Notes: generated from the letters alone by a model not told the origin. A stretch of 31,876 bases of DNA from Mesotaenium endlicherianum (GCA_009602735.1 WELA01003606.1:204770-236645), one strand, 5' to 3'; positions 12,401 to 22,429 are shown, counted from the first letter of the stretch. Numbers and translations are program-made.

Positions 12401-15400
12401 CACACACACACACGGAGGAAACACTCCCGCCGACACACACACACGCACGCGCACAAGCGTGCAGATGAAAAAATACCAACAAACAGGCAAGCACGAACGC
12501 ACGAGTATGAACACATGTACAGATGCACAAACACGTACAGCTCAGCACACAGGACACATGTCGGGCCCCCACTCGAGTCAAGGTCTCAAGAAACGCCGCC
12601 AGCACCTACGTGGATTCCAACCACCCGCACAGGTTGCCGCTGCTAAGAAGTAAACATTGACGACTGCTCTTGAGCACTTAAGAGATTCTTTGCAATGAAT
12701 CATGATCGGCACAAAGTGAAGGTGCTCAGCACCCAACTTCTGACAACTCCAAGTCTTGCTATTTGTTTTACGATTGGGCAGTTCCGGTGGCACTCGTCAT
12801 GGAGTATCTGAATGAGGTGTGATGGCACGAGACACAGAGACGATGAAATAATTCTGAAGCAACAAGCAGCTATAACTAATACTCTTCCTTCCCACAACCA
12901 GCAAGTCGGTCCAAGCTATACCCCACGCATGTCAGCACTTCAGTTGACATCTCAAGGGATAGCTGGAGAACCTTCGTCCCTTCCCGCACTGCTGTTAGAA
13001 GAGATACTAGCAGGAAACCAACCCAAAACAGTAGGATGCTTTTGTAGCAGCAAACCAACACAAACAGACACACACACACACACATACACACGACTCAGTT
13101 CCTCCTCGTCCTCCTACTCCTCCTATGACAGCTAACCAACTGGCGGTAGAAGCAGCAGGAGTAGGAGGTATACCTTCCCCAGATCCACCCTCTCCAAGTA
13201 GCGCGCCAGCCGGCGGGGGCAGCGCGCTCGCAGAAAGGTCTCGTCTACCCACGCGTTGTGCACGTGGGAGAGTCCCCTCCACTTCACATAATACTCCCAC
13301 TCGCCTCCGCTCCCCCATTCTGCCTCATCATCATCATCCTCGTCGTGGTCATCATTGTCTCGCCCCGGGGCCGCAGCAGCAGCCCTCTTGCCAGCTGGGC
13401 TACTTCTGGCGCTGGCGCTCGCGTCCACAGGCGAGCTCCTGCCGCCACCTGGCAGGGCCAGCTCTCGTCCCACGACGCCGCCTCCTGTCAACGGCCCCTC
13501 CTTGGTTCCCGCGGCTCCTATGTGGCCGATCCATCCCCGCCCCCCAATGGAGTCGCTTGCCCTAACCCCCCCTGCAGCTCCTGCTCGCGCTCCTGCAGGC
13601 TCTTCCTTCTCCTCCCCCTCCTTCCCCTCGTCGTCATCGTCGTCCTCATCATCAAACTCCACAGTCACAACCTCCGGCAGGGAGTCCTCCTCCTCCTCCT
13701 CCTCCTCCTCCTTCTCCTCCTCCTCCTCTCCCTCTGCCTCGTCAATGTCCATGGGGTCGTGTGCGTCGCCACCTCGTGCTTCTGTACTCCCGCCTCGGCA
13801 CTGCGAGGTATCCCCGCCACCTGGCACGGCATCTGCCGTCGGAACCTTGCGAGCCTCTACTCTACTACCACCTGTCGCCGTGCCGTCTACCCTGCCACCA
13901 GGCCCCAGAGGAGGTGGAAGAACTGCTCCCCCCCCCACGCGCCGTCTGTTCCAGATGGATTCCACGATGTTACTCACTGAGTTGGGGCCCTCCAGGATGC
14001 GCTTGTGGCGACACTTGTCGCAGAACCAGGAGCCCTCTGGAGCCTTGAGCAGCGGGGGCACCAGACAGTAGAGGTGGTACGTGCCGTGGCACCCCTGCCC
14101 GTCGCAGACGCTGCTCCCCCCTCCCCCCCCCCAGCCCACCATCGCGATACCACGTCATAACCCCAACCACCAGTAGCAGCAAGCAGCAAGCGGCAGGAGC
14201 ATGAGCAGCAGCAGCAGAGGAGGAGAGGAGCAAGAGCAGGAGGAGCAGAAGGGGAGTAGGAGCAGGAGCAAAAGGGAGAAGTTTTGAAGGGGGTCTGTTT
14301 GGGGACCTCATGGTTGTGGAGGAGGCACGCATTTTGTGCCATGTGGCAACGGCAAGGGGTGCATTGGCTTTAGCCACAAAGGAAGGTCAAATCACGCTCA
14401 CACACGCCAATCGTGCAGGGATGGCAGACCAACCACAGCAGACATGCAAATGAACAAAGAGTCTCCTCTCCCTCGTGCCCCCAGCAGATGGGTCACCCCA
14501 CCTACACTCACGCGCTCATATGACGGGCTGGCAGCATCCATCATTGACATCATGGCAAGGTGGAGGAAGGAAGGAGGAGAAGGAGGTGGACAGGAACGAG
14601 GAGCAGCAGGAAGGGGAGGAGAGGGAGAGGAGGAGTGAGAGAGTAGGAGGATGAGGAGGACAAGGGAGGAGGAAGACGAGAAAGAGGAGGAGGAGGAGGA
14701 GAAAGGGAGGAAGACAAGGAAAAGGAGGAGGAGGACAAGGGAGGAGGAAGACAAGCAAAAGGAGGAGGAGGACAAGGGAGGAGTGAGGCGGCAGCGCTCA
14801 CATGAGGTCGCCGCCCTCCATGCACGTCAGGCAGTCGTCGCGCTCGTTCTCCGCGCCCTCCCTGTCCTGATCCTCCCAGTCCACCACCGAGTGCCTCCTC
14901 CTCCGCCTCCTCCTCCTGCTGCTGCTACTCCTGCCGCCGCCACCTCCACCGCCGCCCGTGTGCCGCCCAGCCACATGCGGCCGCAGTGCCTTCTCGCCCT
15001 CAATTTCATCCTCCTCCTCCTCGTCCTTGTCATCCTCCTCGTCGTCCTCGTCATCATCCCCGCCCTCTGTTTCGCTCTCGTCCTCCCAATCCCCGGGCAA
15101 GATGTCCAGCAATTGTGGGACCCCTCCCAACTCGGAATCAGAGCCAGACTCCAACTCGCAAGCGGTGGCAGCGGCGGCTGTCGCAGGAGTGCCTGTGGCA
15201 GCACAAGTGGGAGTGGCGGCAGCGGCAGCAGGGGCAGCACCCTCGCCATCAGAGGAGAGCTCAACGAGCAGCGCCCTACAGCTGAGCTCATGCGCGGTGC
15301 CCCCCGACTGACTCCTGACACTGCCGTTGGCTCTTCTCCTCTTGGCCCCTCCACTGAGAGGAGGAGACGAGCTCTTGGCCCGGTCCCCAGCCGGCAGTGC

Positions 15401-18400
15401 TTGCCTGTCGCTGTCCTGCTCCCCCTCCTCATCATCATCGTCATCGTCACGCGGGGGCGGAGAGCGAAGCGGCAGCGGCTGGGCCCGGGTCTGGGGCTGA
15501 GATGAGTGCTCAAGGATCTCCCTCATCTTCCTCTTCTTCTCCCTGCTCTTGTTCACCACATCAGTGGGGATGATAACTCCACCGCTCGTGCCCTTGCCCT
15601 TCACGGGTGCCTCCCTCTCTCCCCCCTTGTGCTCTCCCCCTTGGTGCCCGTTCTCACTGGCGTGGCCGTTGCCTTCTGCTCGACCCCCACCCGCTGCCCA
15701 AGAGCCTGGCAGCATGCTGGAAGGGCTACCAGAGAGCACCACTCTCTTTCTCAGAGTGCTCTTCTTCAGCGGAGACGAGCGAGGAGGAGCAGGAGGAGTA
15801 GAACGAGCAACAGCAGCAGCAGCAGCAGTAGCAGCAGGAGGAGAGGGAGCAGGAGGAGGGACCTCCAGTGGCACTCCCCTGTCCCCACCCCCACCCCCGC
15901 CTTCACTACCACCCCTACCCCCACCAGCACCGCCGCCACTTGTCGGCACAGGCAGCCCATACGGCACAGCACCCGGAGAGCCGTTGCCAGCTGGTGCTGT
16001 CCCATTTCCCAGCTTTGAAGTGCCATTCCTGCAGTCGACCAGCCTGCCACCTGGCCTCTTCTTGGAGACCTCTACAGTGTTCTCCTTCCCGACTGCACGT
16101 CCTCCTTGACCTGTTGCTCTGGCGCCCGCCGGCAGGCTGCCTGCTGCTATGGCTGCTGCTTGTGCTGCAACTGATGGTGGTCGGCCTACTGGGGGGGGCA
16201 GGGGTGGGCCCCCCTTGCGCTGCTGCTTCTCCTTCACCTTCGCGCTCTCCCTCTGCTCCTTCTCCTGCTCCTTCCTCCTCCCTTCCTCCTCCTCCCTCTC
16301 CCTCTCCTTTCTCTTCCTTTCCACTTCCATCTCTTGCTCCCTGCTCCTCACCCTCTCCCTCTCCTCCCTCTCCTTCTCCTCCCTCACCCTCTTCTTCTCC
16401 CTCTCCCCTCTCTCCTCCCTTTCCCGCTCCTCCTCCCTCTCCCTCTCCACATCCCTCTGCCTCTCCACCTCCCTCCTCTCCTTCTCCCTCGCCCTCGGCG
16501 TCTCAGCTTCAACCTTCTCCCCCCTCCCCTGAGTCTTCCCATTGGCACTCCCCATGCCCTGGAGCTTGAGCATGGCCAGGCGAGCCTTGTGCTTCGCCCT
16601 GGCATGCTTCAGCGCCTCCGGAAACACCCTGTTGCCTGTCTGCTGCCCCTCAAAGATGGCCAGCATTTCTTCAAATTTCATCAAGCACCTGCACGTCCGC
16701 ACACGCAGTTCACCCGCTCAGCCAGGGGGCTCCACCAAGTGCCATCAGAAGCAGGGGGCAAGATTACTCCGCTTCCCACCACGGGGGGAGCCAACGCAAC
16801 TGGGAAAAAAAGGCACGATGAGGGGGAATGAGGCACGATGAGGGGGAATGAGGTGAAATGCAGAATGGTAAAGCAGACTAAGGAGAAATCGAGGGAGGGA
16901 GGGAGGCAGGGACGAGGGGCGGAGGGAGAGAGCGGGAGAGGGAGGGAAATAGAGTGAGTTACCCTTCGCGCAGCCACATGTCCTTCCAGGCCTTGCCTTT
17001 GGCACCAAAGAGGGCCACAGGGAGCTCACGCACGCTCCCCCGCTTTCGTCGGAAGTCGTTGGGCAGAATCGACTCCTCCAAAACCTCCCCTGGCCACCAC
17101 AGGACCTCGCCACTCCCCTGCTCGTGCTGGAAGAGCCAGGGCACAACAACAAATCAAGGTGGGGGAATCAGAAGATGAAGCCCATAGCATCAGAAGGCCC
17201 TTCTCATCCCCATCTATGAGACAGCATGTGTGTGGCACCCACGCGGGGGACTGCAACGAGCAAGGAGGTGGGAGGGGGAGGGGGGACCCACCTTGGCCCA
17301 CACAAGGTCCCCAGCCTTGGGTTTAGGCGGCACTTCGGCACCACCTGTACCCTCCTCTTGCTCCCCCAGCAGAGTCTCCAGCGCCGCTGCCGGTGCCGGT
17401 GCCTGAGCCAGCGCCATTCCTGACCCCAAACCTGCCACGCTCGCAACCGCTTGTTGCCCTGTGCCTGTGCCTGCGCCTGTGCCTGTGCTTGTGCCTGCCC
17501 TTGCGCAAGCACCTGTGCTTGTGCCTGTGCTGGAGCCTCCTGCTCCTCTGCCTGTGCCTGCACCTGTGCCTGCACCTGTGCCTGCCTGTGCCTCAACTCT
17601 CGAAGCATGCGGTGGAAGGGAGCTGCTGGCTCGGGGCCGCGGTGACGGATCATCCTCAACAATTCCTCCAGCCTCTAAGGTGGAGGGGCTCCATCTCGGC
17701 TTCCTCCTGCTACTCCCCAGGGCACCAGAAGGAGAAGGGTGGGCGTGAACATCGTCAGAGTTGGCAGCAGCACCATGGGCCCCGCCGGCACCTGCACCTG
17801 CCGCTTCACCAGCATGTGACGTCAGGAGGAGGCCTGCAGCTGCTGAGCCTTGCTTGCTACCTGCAGCGTTTGCGAAGGCCCCAGCCTTAGCCCCAGGCCC
17901 AGGCCCAGGCCCAGCCCTAACCTCAGCCCCAGACCCTACCCTGGGGACTCCTGAAGGCCTGCCAGCCTCATCAGCCCTGAGGGGAAGGCTCATAGAAGCC
18001 TTAGGAGGAGGAAGGAGAGGGGGAGGAGGGGGAAGAGCAGCGCTGCTGTGCTGTCTCGTGGTCCCATCGGGGGCGGAGGAGGGGGAAGAAGCTGACCCTG
18101 CACCCATCTCTGCTCCTGCTCCTGCTCCCCAGTCAGAGCCCCTCGGGCCCGCCTCCCTGGGACTTTGAGGCACTCTGAGAAGCGGAGGGGCCAGCGCAGC
18201 TCCCGCGTCCCTTGGGCTTTGGGACGCTCTGGCGAAGGTGCCAGCTGGCGCAGCTCCCCCCTCTCTGGGGCTCTGGGATGCTCTTGGGGAGAGAGGGCGA
18301 GCTGGCGCCTCACCCTTCTCTCCTCGAGCTCTCCAAGCTCCCCTGCCAAACCCTCCCTGTCCCCCTTCCCGGGGGCTGTCACGCGCCCTGGGGGACGGAT

Positions 18401-20597
18401 CCCGTGGACTAAAACCGTGAAGAGGAGGTGGGGGAGGAGGAGGAGGAGGAGGAGGAGGAGGAGGAGGAGGAGGAGAGTTTCTCTTGAGCTGCTGCTGCCA
18501 CTGGCCGCCAGCTCCCGACCCCCAGGCACCAGGCCCTCCTGCCCCTGCAGGAGCCCCCTTCGGTCCGAACCCCGGAGGCAAGCTGAGAGGCGAAGGCCTG
18601 GCCCTGTGCACGGGTGCGGGGATGGGCGCGAGTGTGGGCGTGGAGGTGGGCGTGAATGTGGGTGTGGGCGAGGGCATGGGGGGGTGCATGGGCTTGAGCC
18701 GGCTTCCCTGAGAAAAGCCCGGGGGAGCACCTGATGGAATAGTACTACTAGCACTATGAGTATGTCTGGCAGTGGGACTGCCATGGCGGGAGCCCAAAGG
18801 CGGCGGGTTGGAAGTAAGACCAGGATGAAGAGGAGGGTGGGGGTGAGGGTAAAGCAGATTGCTCGGAGCGGCGGCCGATAGATCACCAGCATCGCGGCCT
18901 TGTGTGTCTGTGGGGCCAACACCTGGCGCCCTCGCAGAGCCCCAAGCATGGGGTCCTTCCCTATCACGAGGGCTGACGCCTGGCGCCCCGGAAACGCCCC
19001 GACGGGCATGCTGGTCATCCGCATCGCGGGCGGCAGAGCCTGGCGCCCTCAAAGATCCCCAATCCACGTGGCCTTGTGCGTCCCGCGGGCTGGCATCTGG
19101 CACTCTGGGAGAGCCCACAGCAAGGGGAGGCCCCGGCCGGATTGCGGTCCTAGTACCACTAGCATTGATGCTAGAATTCTCGCTAGGCCACTCGCGACCG
19201 TGGCTTTGGCTACGGCTGTGGTTGTGGGTTTGCCCATGTTGGTAATGAGGGCTCAAACTCAATCGGGGGCTAAGAGGGCCTTGCCGAACCTCCCCCGCAA
19301 TCACGCCGTGCCTAGTATCTTCGCCCGAGCCTCTCCTGCCACCGAGTGGCGTCGCGTCAATGGGCCGGCTGCTGCCAGGCCTGTGTAGGAAGTGAGCTGC
19401 GCCAGACGTATTGAGATGTGACGGCCGAGTTCCGGTCCTGGAGCCATCCCTCTCGCCCCAGCTCCCGCTGCCATCCCTGGGTGACAAGTGTGCGCTTGGG
19501 AAGGACTCAAGCGGGGCATGGGCAAGCGACACACGCGGCTGCTTCCCCTGGCTGGCGAAGTGTCCAGAGTGGGCCTGAGATGGATACGACGAGCGATAGG
19601 CCTGGCTGGGGCCTACACCGCCGCCGCCAGCTGCCTGAGCATAGGGTAGGGGTGCAGCCGGGGGACCCAATTGTGGCCCTGGGGGGGGCCTTAGGGGAGC
19701 CTTGGACCTCCCCTCCGGCTTTCTTCCTTCCCGCAACCAACCAAAGGTGTCATCCTCCGCAGGCCTGGGCCTCTTTGGAGGCGCGCCACTCCTGCCCCCG
19801 GGCGATTGCTCCCCACCCATACCCCTGGGGGAGCTATCCGACAGTCCTCGGATGCCGCCAGCAAGAGAGCTCCCCCGCTGGGCCCCACTTTGATCTACCC
19901 CTCTGTCGTCCTTCTCACTCCTGCCAGCTGGCAAAGGAAGCACACGGTCGCCTGCCAAGGTTGTACCTGCCCCTATCTCCAACCTGGGGACATGGACAGC
20001 CCTCTCCCCCTCCCTCCTCCTCTCCCCATCCTCGTCAATTGGGCCCCTGCTGTGACCCACGCCCCCAGCAGGAGCATGCGCCGTCCCAGCAGCTGTACCG
20101 CGAGAGGCAGGCTCAAATGGGACAGGAGCCCTTGCCTCCCCCTGCCCAGCCTCTAACCCATGCCCTACTCGTGGCCCTTGCCTCCTCTCCTCTCCTCTCC
20201 ACTCGCATCGTATGGCCTGCTTCCCACTGCTACTTCTCTCCGCGCTGATGATACCATTCAAAGTCCTCCCTGTATCTGCAGCTGCTACAGCATGCCTGTC
20301 CCCCATTCGCTCATGACTCCTCTTTCTTTGTACTTCGGTTACCTTGAGCCTCCCCTCTCCGCTGACTGTCTGGGGTATGGGAGCCGCGCCCGCAGCAACT
20401 TGACTTCTCAGTCCTTCGACTGGGCTACAACCTTCATCATGGTCAAAATCGATGTCAACTTCATCGTCCTCATTCAAGAAATCCTTGACAGTCTTCAGGA
20501 CAGCCTCAGACCCCCAAGCTGCACCTGGTGCACCTGCACCTGCACCTGCCTGAACCTGGGGATTGACATCTCGACCGCTAGGTGGAGGTACGGCCAT
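359..20597 (-). CDS. Multi-exon gene for a PWWP-PHD-double chromodomain-degenerate SNF2 protein (CHD3-derived, MOM1-like); 3' end lies beyond the left edge
   Basis: Hand-spliced model: 20597-17292, 17126-16963, 16688-14802, 14110-13174, 12363-12245 (or duplicate copies at -7235), then 4592-4406, 3651-3526, 2939-2610, 1902-1759, about 1360-891, 455-359. All introns are GT-AG with matching phases; 7767 nt without a stop. Domain motifs rejoin across the junctions. Confidence 0.85.
891..1360 (-). CDS. Exon 10: SNF2 lobe-1 end and linker (MAFL...YLRRTFKDV...FWEAWVGADLTTYQAACY)
   Basis: LRRxKxDV and LxxxQxxxY SNF2 signatures; donor AG|GTACCC. The 5' boundary is uncertain because of tandem CAG acceptors at 1352-1363 and an alternative near 1325. 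Confidence 0.8.
1759..1902 (-). CDS. Exon 9: degenerate Walker B and motif III (WQAVVVQESA...FRLFLTPFP)
   Basis: Positional match to WxxxIVDEGH...RxLLTGTP; acceptor CATCAG, donor TCC|GTGAGT. Confidence 0.8.
2610..2939 (-). CDS. Exon 8: rest of Walker A and motif Ia (GSKAVVVSFISSL...VLLLVPNEGVLASWERKFAELSP...RVVLAAH)
   Basis: Resembles PxLVVxPxSxLxNWxREFxxWxP; phase-0 junctions on both sides. Confidence 0.85.
3526..3651 (-). CDS. Exon 7: SNF2 Q-motif and Walker A start (LREHQVAAREWL...GAVFADAAGL)
   Basis: Resembles the SNF2 consensus LRxYQxxGxxWL...GxILADEMGL; pyrimidine-rich acceptor, donor CTC|GTGAGT. Confidence 0.85.
4406..4592 (-). CDS. Exon 6: chromodomain 2 (LVKWKRLGRRKCTWE)
   Basis: LVKW...CTWE chromo signature; acceptor ACGCAG|G, donor GAG|GTGAGA. 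Confidence 0.85.
5010..5128 (-). CDS. Exon 5 copy contiguous with the downstream exons
   Basis: Matches 12245-12363. Confidence 0.75.
5131..5220. repeat. Imperfect (CA)n microsatellite at an intron 3' end (also 12366-12455)
   Basis: cacacacac arrays; similar tracts near 2225, 5833 and 31065. Confidence 0.85.
5939..6875 (-). CDS. Duplicate copy of exon 4 (PHD and chromodomain 1)
   Basis: Matches 13174-14110. Confidence 0.8.
7330..7550. repeat. Intronic polypurine (GGA-rich) tract containing gaggacaagggaggag three times (also 14565-14785)
   Basis: Directly visible; lies at the 5' end of intron 3. Confidence 0.8.
7567..9453 (-). CDS. Duplicate copy of exon 3
   Basis: Matches 14802-16688. Confidence 0.75.
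9576..9618. repeat. 20-bp tandem repeat x2 (aggcacgatgagggggaatg) in intron 2 (also 16811-16853)
   Basis: Directly visible. Confidence 0.9.
9728..9891 (-). CDS. Duplicate copy of exon 2 (PWWP)
   Basis: Matches 16963-17126. Confidence 0.75.
10057..11237 (-). CDS. Duplicate copy of the 3' part of exon 1, cut by the N gap
   Basis: Matches 17292-18472 (offset 7235). Confidence 0.65.
11238..11890. other. Assembly gap (653 N)
   Basis: N run flanked by (GAG)n and poly-C. Confidence 0.99.
12245..12363 (-). CDS. Exon 5: start of chromodomain 2 (EWAQPERIL...GEEL)
   Basis: Acceptor TGTACAG, donor CT|GTGAGT; its phase fits exon 6 to give GEELLVKW. Confidence 0.75.
13174..14110 (-). CDS. Exon 4: rest of the PHD finger (IVCDGQGCHGTYHLYCLVPPLLKAPEGSWFCDKC) and chromodomain 1 (IVESIW...EYYVKWRGLSHVHNAWV)
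   Basis: The C4HC3 pattern is completed across a phase-2 intron; chromo YYVKW/NAWV motifs; donor AAG|GTATAC. Confidence 0.9.
14802..16688 (-). CDS. Exon 3: PWWP C-terminal helices, E/R/K-rich helix, acidic linker, first half of the PHD finger (DDCLTCMEGGDL)
   Basis: Acceptor GTGCAG|G, donor AT|GTGAGC; lies within the 634-aa ORF. Confidence 0.85.
16963..17126 (-). CDS. Exon 2: PWWP core (HEQGSGEVLWWPGEV...LPVALFG...DMWLREG)
   Basis: Acceptor TTCCAG, donor GG|GTAACT; joins VWAK to LWWPGEV in frame. Confidence 0.85.
17292..20597 (-). CDS. Exon 1: long G/P/S/A-rich disordered N-terminus ending in the first PWWP strand (GDLVWAK)
   Basis: Open frame of 1102 codons from ATG at 20597; donor AAG|GTGGGT at 17291. 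The true start is uncertain (a possible acceptor CTTATCAG ends at 20603). Confidence 0.75.
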
Positions 20598-21699
20598 AAG
20601 ATCTGATAAGGCTCATTCTGACTATTGATGTATTCGACAGCCTCAAAAGCACATCTTAGTGACACCCTTACCCACTCACAGAAGTCAGAATTCCAGTCGA
20701 ATAGTGTAGAAGTCAACTACTTCAAGCCTGCTCACTGCTGATACGACGTTAAAGTGACTGCTCAGTATCCGTGCGCATGATTTCGTTAGAGTTTGAAAAG
20801 TTTTGCTCATGACTATAAATTCCAGCTGTCAGAAATCAAAGAAGAACCAACTTTTACATGCACCTGTCTATTGAAAAACAGTCGTAGACTAAGAAATGTG
20901 GAGAAAATTTTTACGATCAGGTAAGGTGCAGCGAAAATGGATAATGACGAAAGCCCGTCATGCCACTTTCGTGGCAGAACCGGAGGCCTTCTGAGATGAA
21001 GTTGCAATTTGTAGCACTTTTAGTTCCTTGGCGATGCAAAAGAGTACCTCTTACGCTAGTTATTTTGCATGCGAAGCATCTCAAACAATCCATGCATTTG
21101 CGTATAGCGGTGCCTCGATCACCTTTATAACCTTCAATACTCTGCAACCCCTCGAACTCGCAATCGATAATTGTGAATGGCAGAGAATGCCGAGAGAGGC
21201 CCGGAAATGGTCGATTAGAGCAAACTGGGAGCCAACTGCAAGTTGTGCAGGTCGACGAAGCGCACTGATGAAGCACTATTTTGCCATGTGCATGTCGTGC
21301 CCTGGTTGTGCCTGGTTGTGCCTATGCGCCAATATACGCAGCCAAGGCGCTGCCAGGCGCGGCCTGTGAAAATCAAACGACCGTCGCACGCGCAATCGCA
21401 AGAGCCATATATATGTGCTGGTTTGTGCTAATTAGTGGTCATTTTCAGGCACTTTCAGGGCCTTTCTTTTCACTTCCGAAGTGAAGGTCAAGCACTTCAG
21501 CCATCATGATATATCATATCCTGCCTAGCGACCATGGCAACTACTCTTTAAAGACGCATTCTTCCCACAGAGCTCATATGGCTGCCATCCCCAGCCATGC
21601 CACCACAAAGCACGAGATGTTTTCCTTTAAAGTAAGTAGCTCATGAGTTCGTATGATAAGCGAGCATACACTTCGAGCTAGGTCTAAGTAGAAGGGTAG

Positions 21700-22429
21700 C
21701 TTTGAGAGACCCGGTGAGGGCTAAGGAGGAAATTTGAAGGAAGTTCTCGCCCCCCAGGTGGAGCTGCCAGGATTGCCTTGAAGATAACGCCTCTCGGGAG
21801 CCTGGTGGTGCATTGGACCAAGGGTGAGAAAACGTCGAGCATACCCAAGATGGGGGGAGGCTTCTATGCCCTAGTACATATGTCTTTGATTAAGCACCAC
21901 TTCAAGACAAGAGGAGCACTCGTCGTCATCAGCAAAGTTACGGCCAGAGCTCACGAACAATGTGAGCCGGGAAGAGAACGCTGTAGGGTGTCCAACCACC
22001 AAAAAGTGATCAAGATACACCTCAGCGGTCACACAAGAGAGTCTTGAGAAGCAACCAAGCCGAGATTGTCAATCAAGATTTACGAGTGCCGGACTATAGT
22101 GGAAGAATAACCAATGCAAATCCTTTTGAGGGAGCGATATGTGGAGGAGGACGTCCGGACGCCAATCCAGAATACCGAGGATGCCATCATGGAGTCCAAC
22201 AGTTGGACGGCGTGCGACTACTCATGTAGCTGCGACCTTCTACCAAGAGTACGACTGACAAGGAATAGGGGGCAAAATGGCCGTGCAATTGGCAAAGGAG
22301 AAGCTCAGCTATGTCGCAAGGGCCTGGTACAAGTTCCTATTGGGGGCAAAGAAGATAACACCAAGGGCGACACTGAGGGAAAAAGGTGCAACCGAAGCTC
22401 TAAAGTCTATTCAGATAAGATTTTCATAA
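21700..22429 (+). mobile_element. Possible decayed LTR-retrotransposon (Ty3/gypsy-type) gag fragments
   Basis: 22277-22429 encodes MAVQLAKEKLSYVARAWYKFLL...EALKSIQIRFS, resembling the capsid pattern VxLAxxxLxxxAxxW. The segment is purine-rich, AT-richer and broken by stops. No LTR or pol was seen. Confidence 0.3.

Larger units (their letters stand above)
11891..18472 (+). repeat. 6.58 kb direct duplication, copy B
   Basis: No differences from 4656-11237 noticed by eye. Confidence 0.95.

Noticed and set aside
19418..20606. Plus-strand ORFs of 276 and 148 aa, and other antisense ORFs over large exons
   Set aside because: Shadow frames of GC-rich coding sequence with no recognisable motifs.
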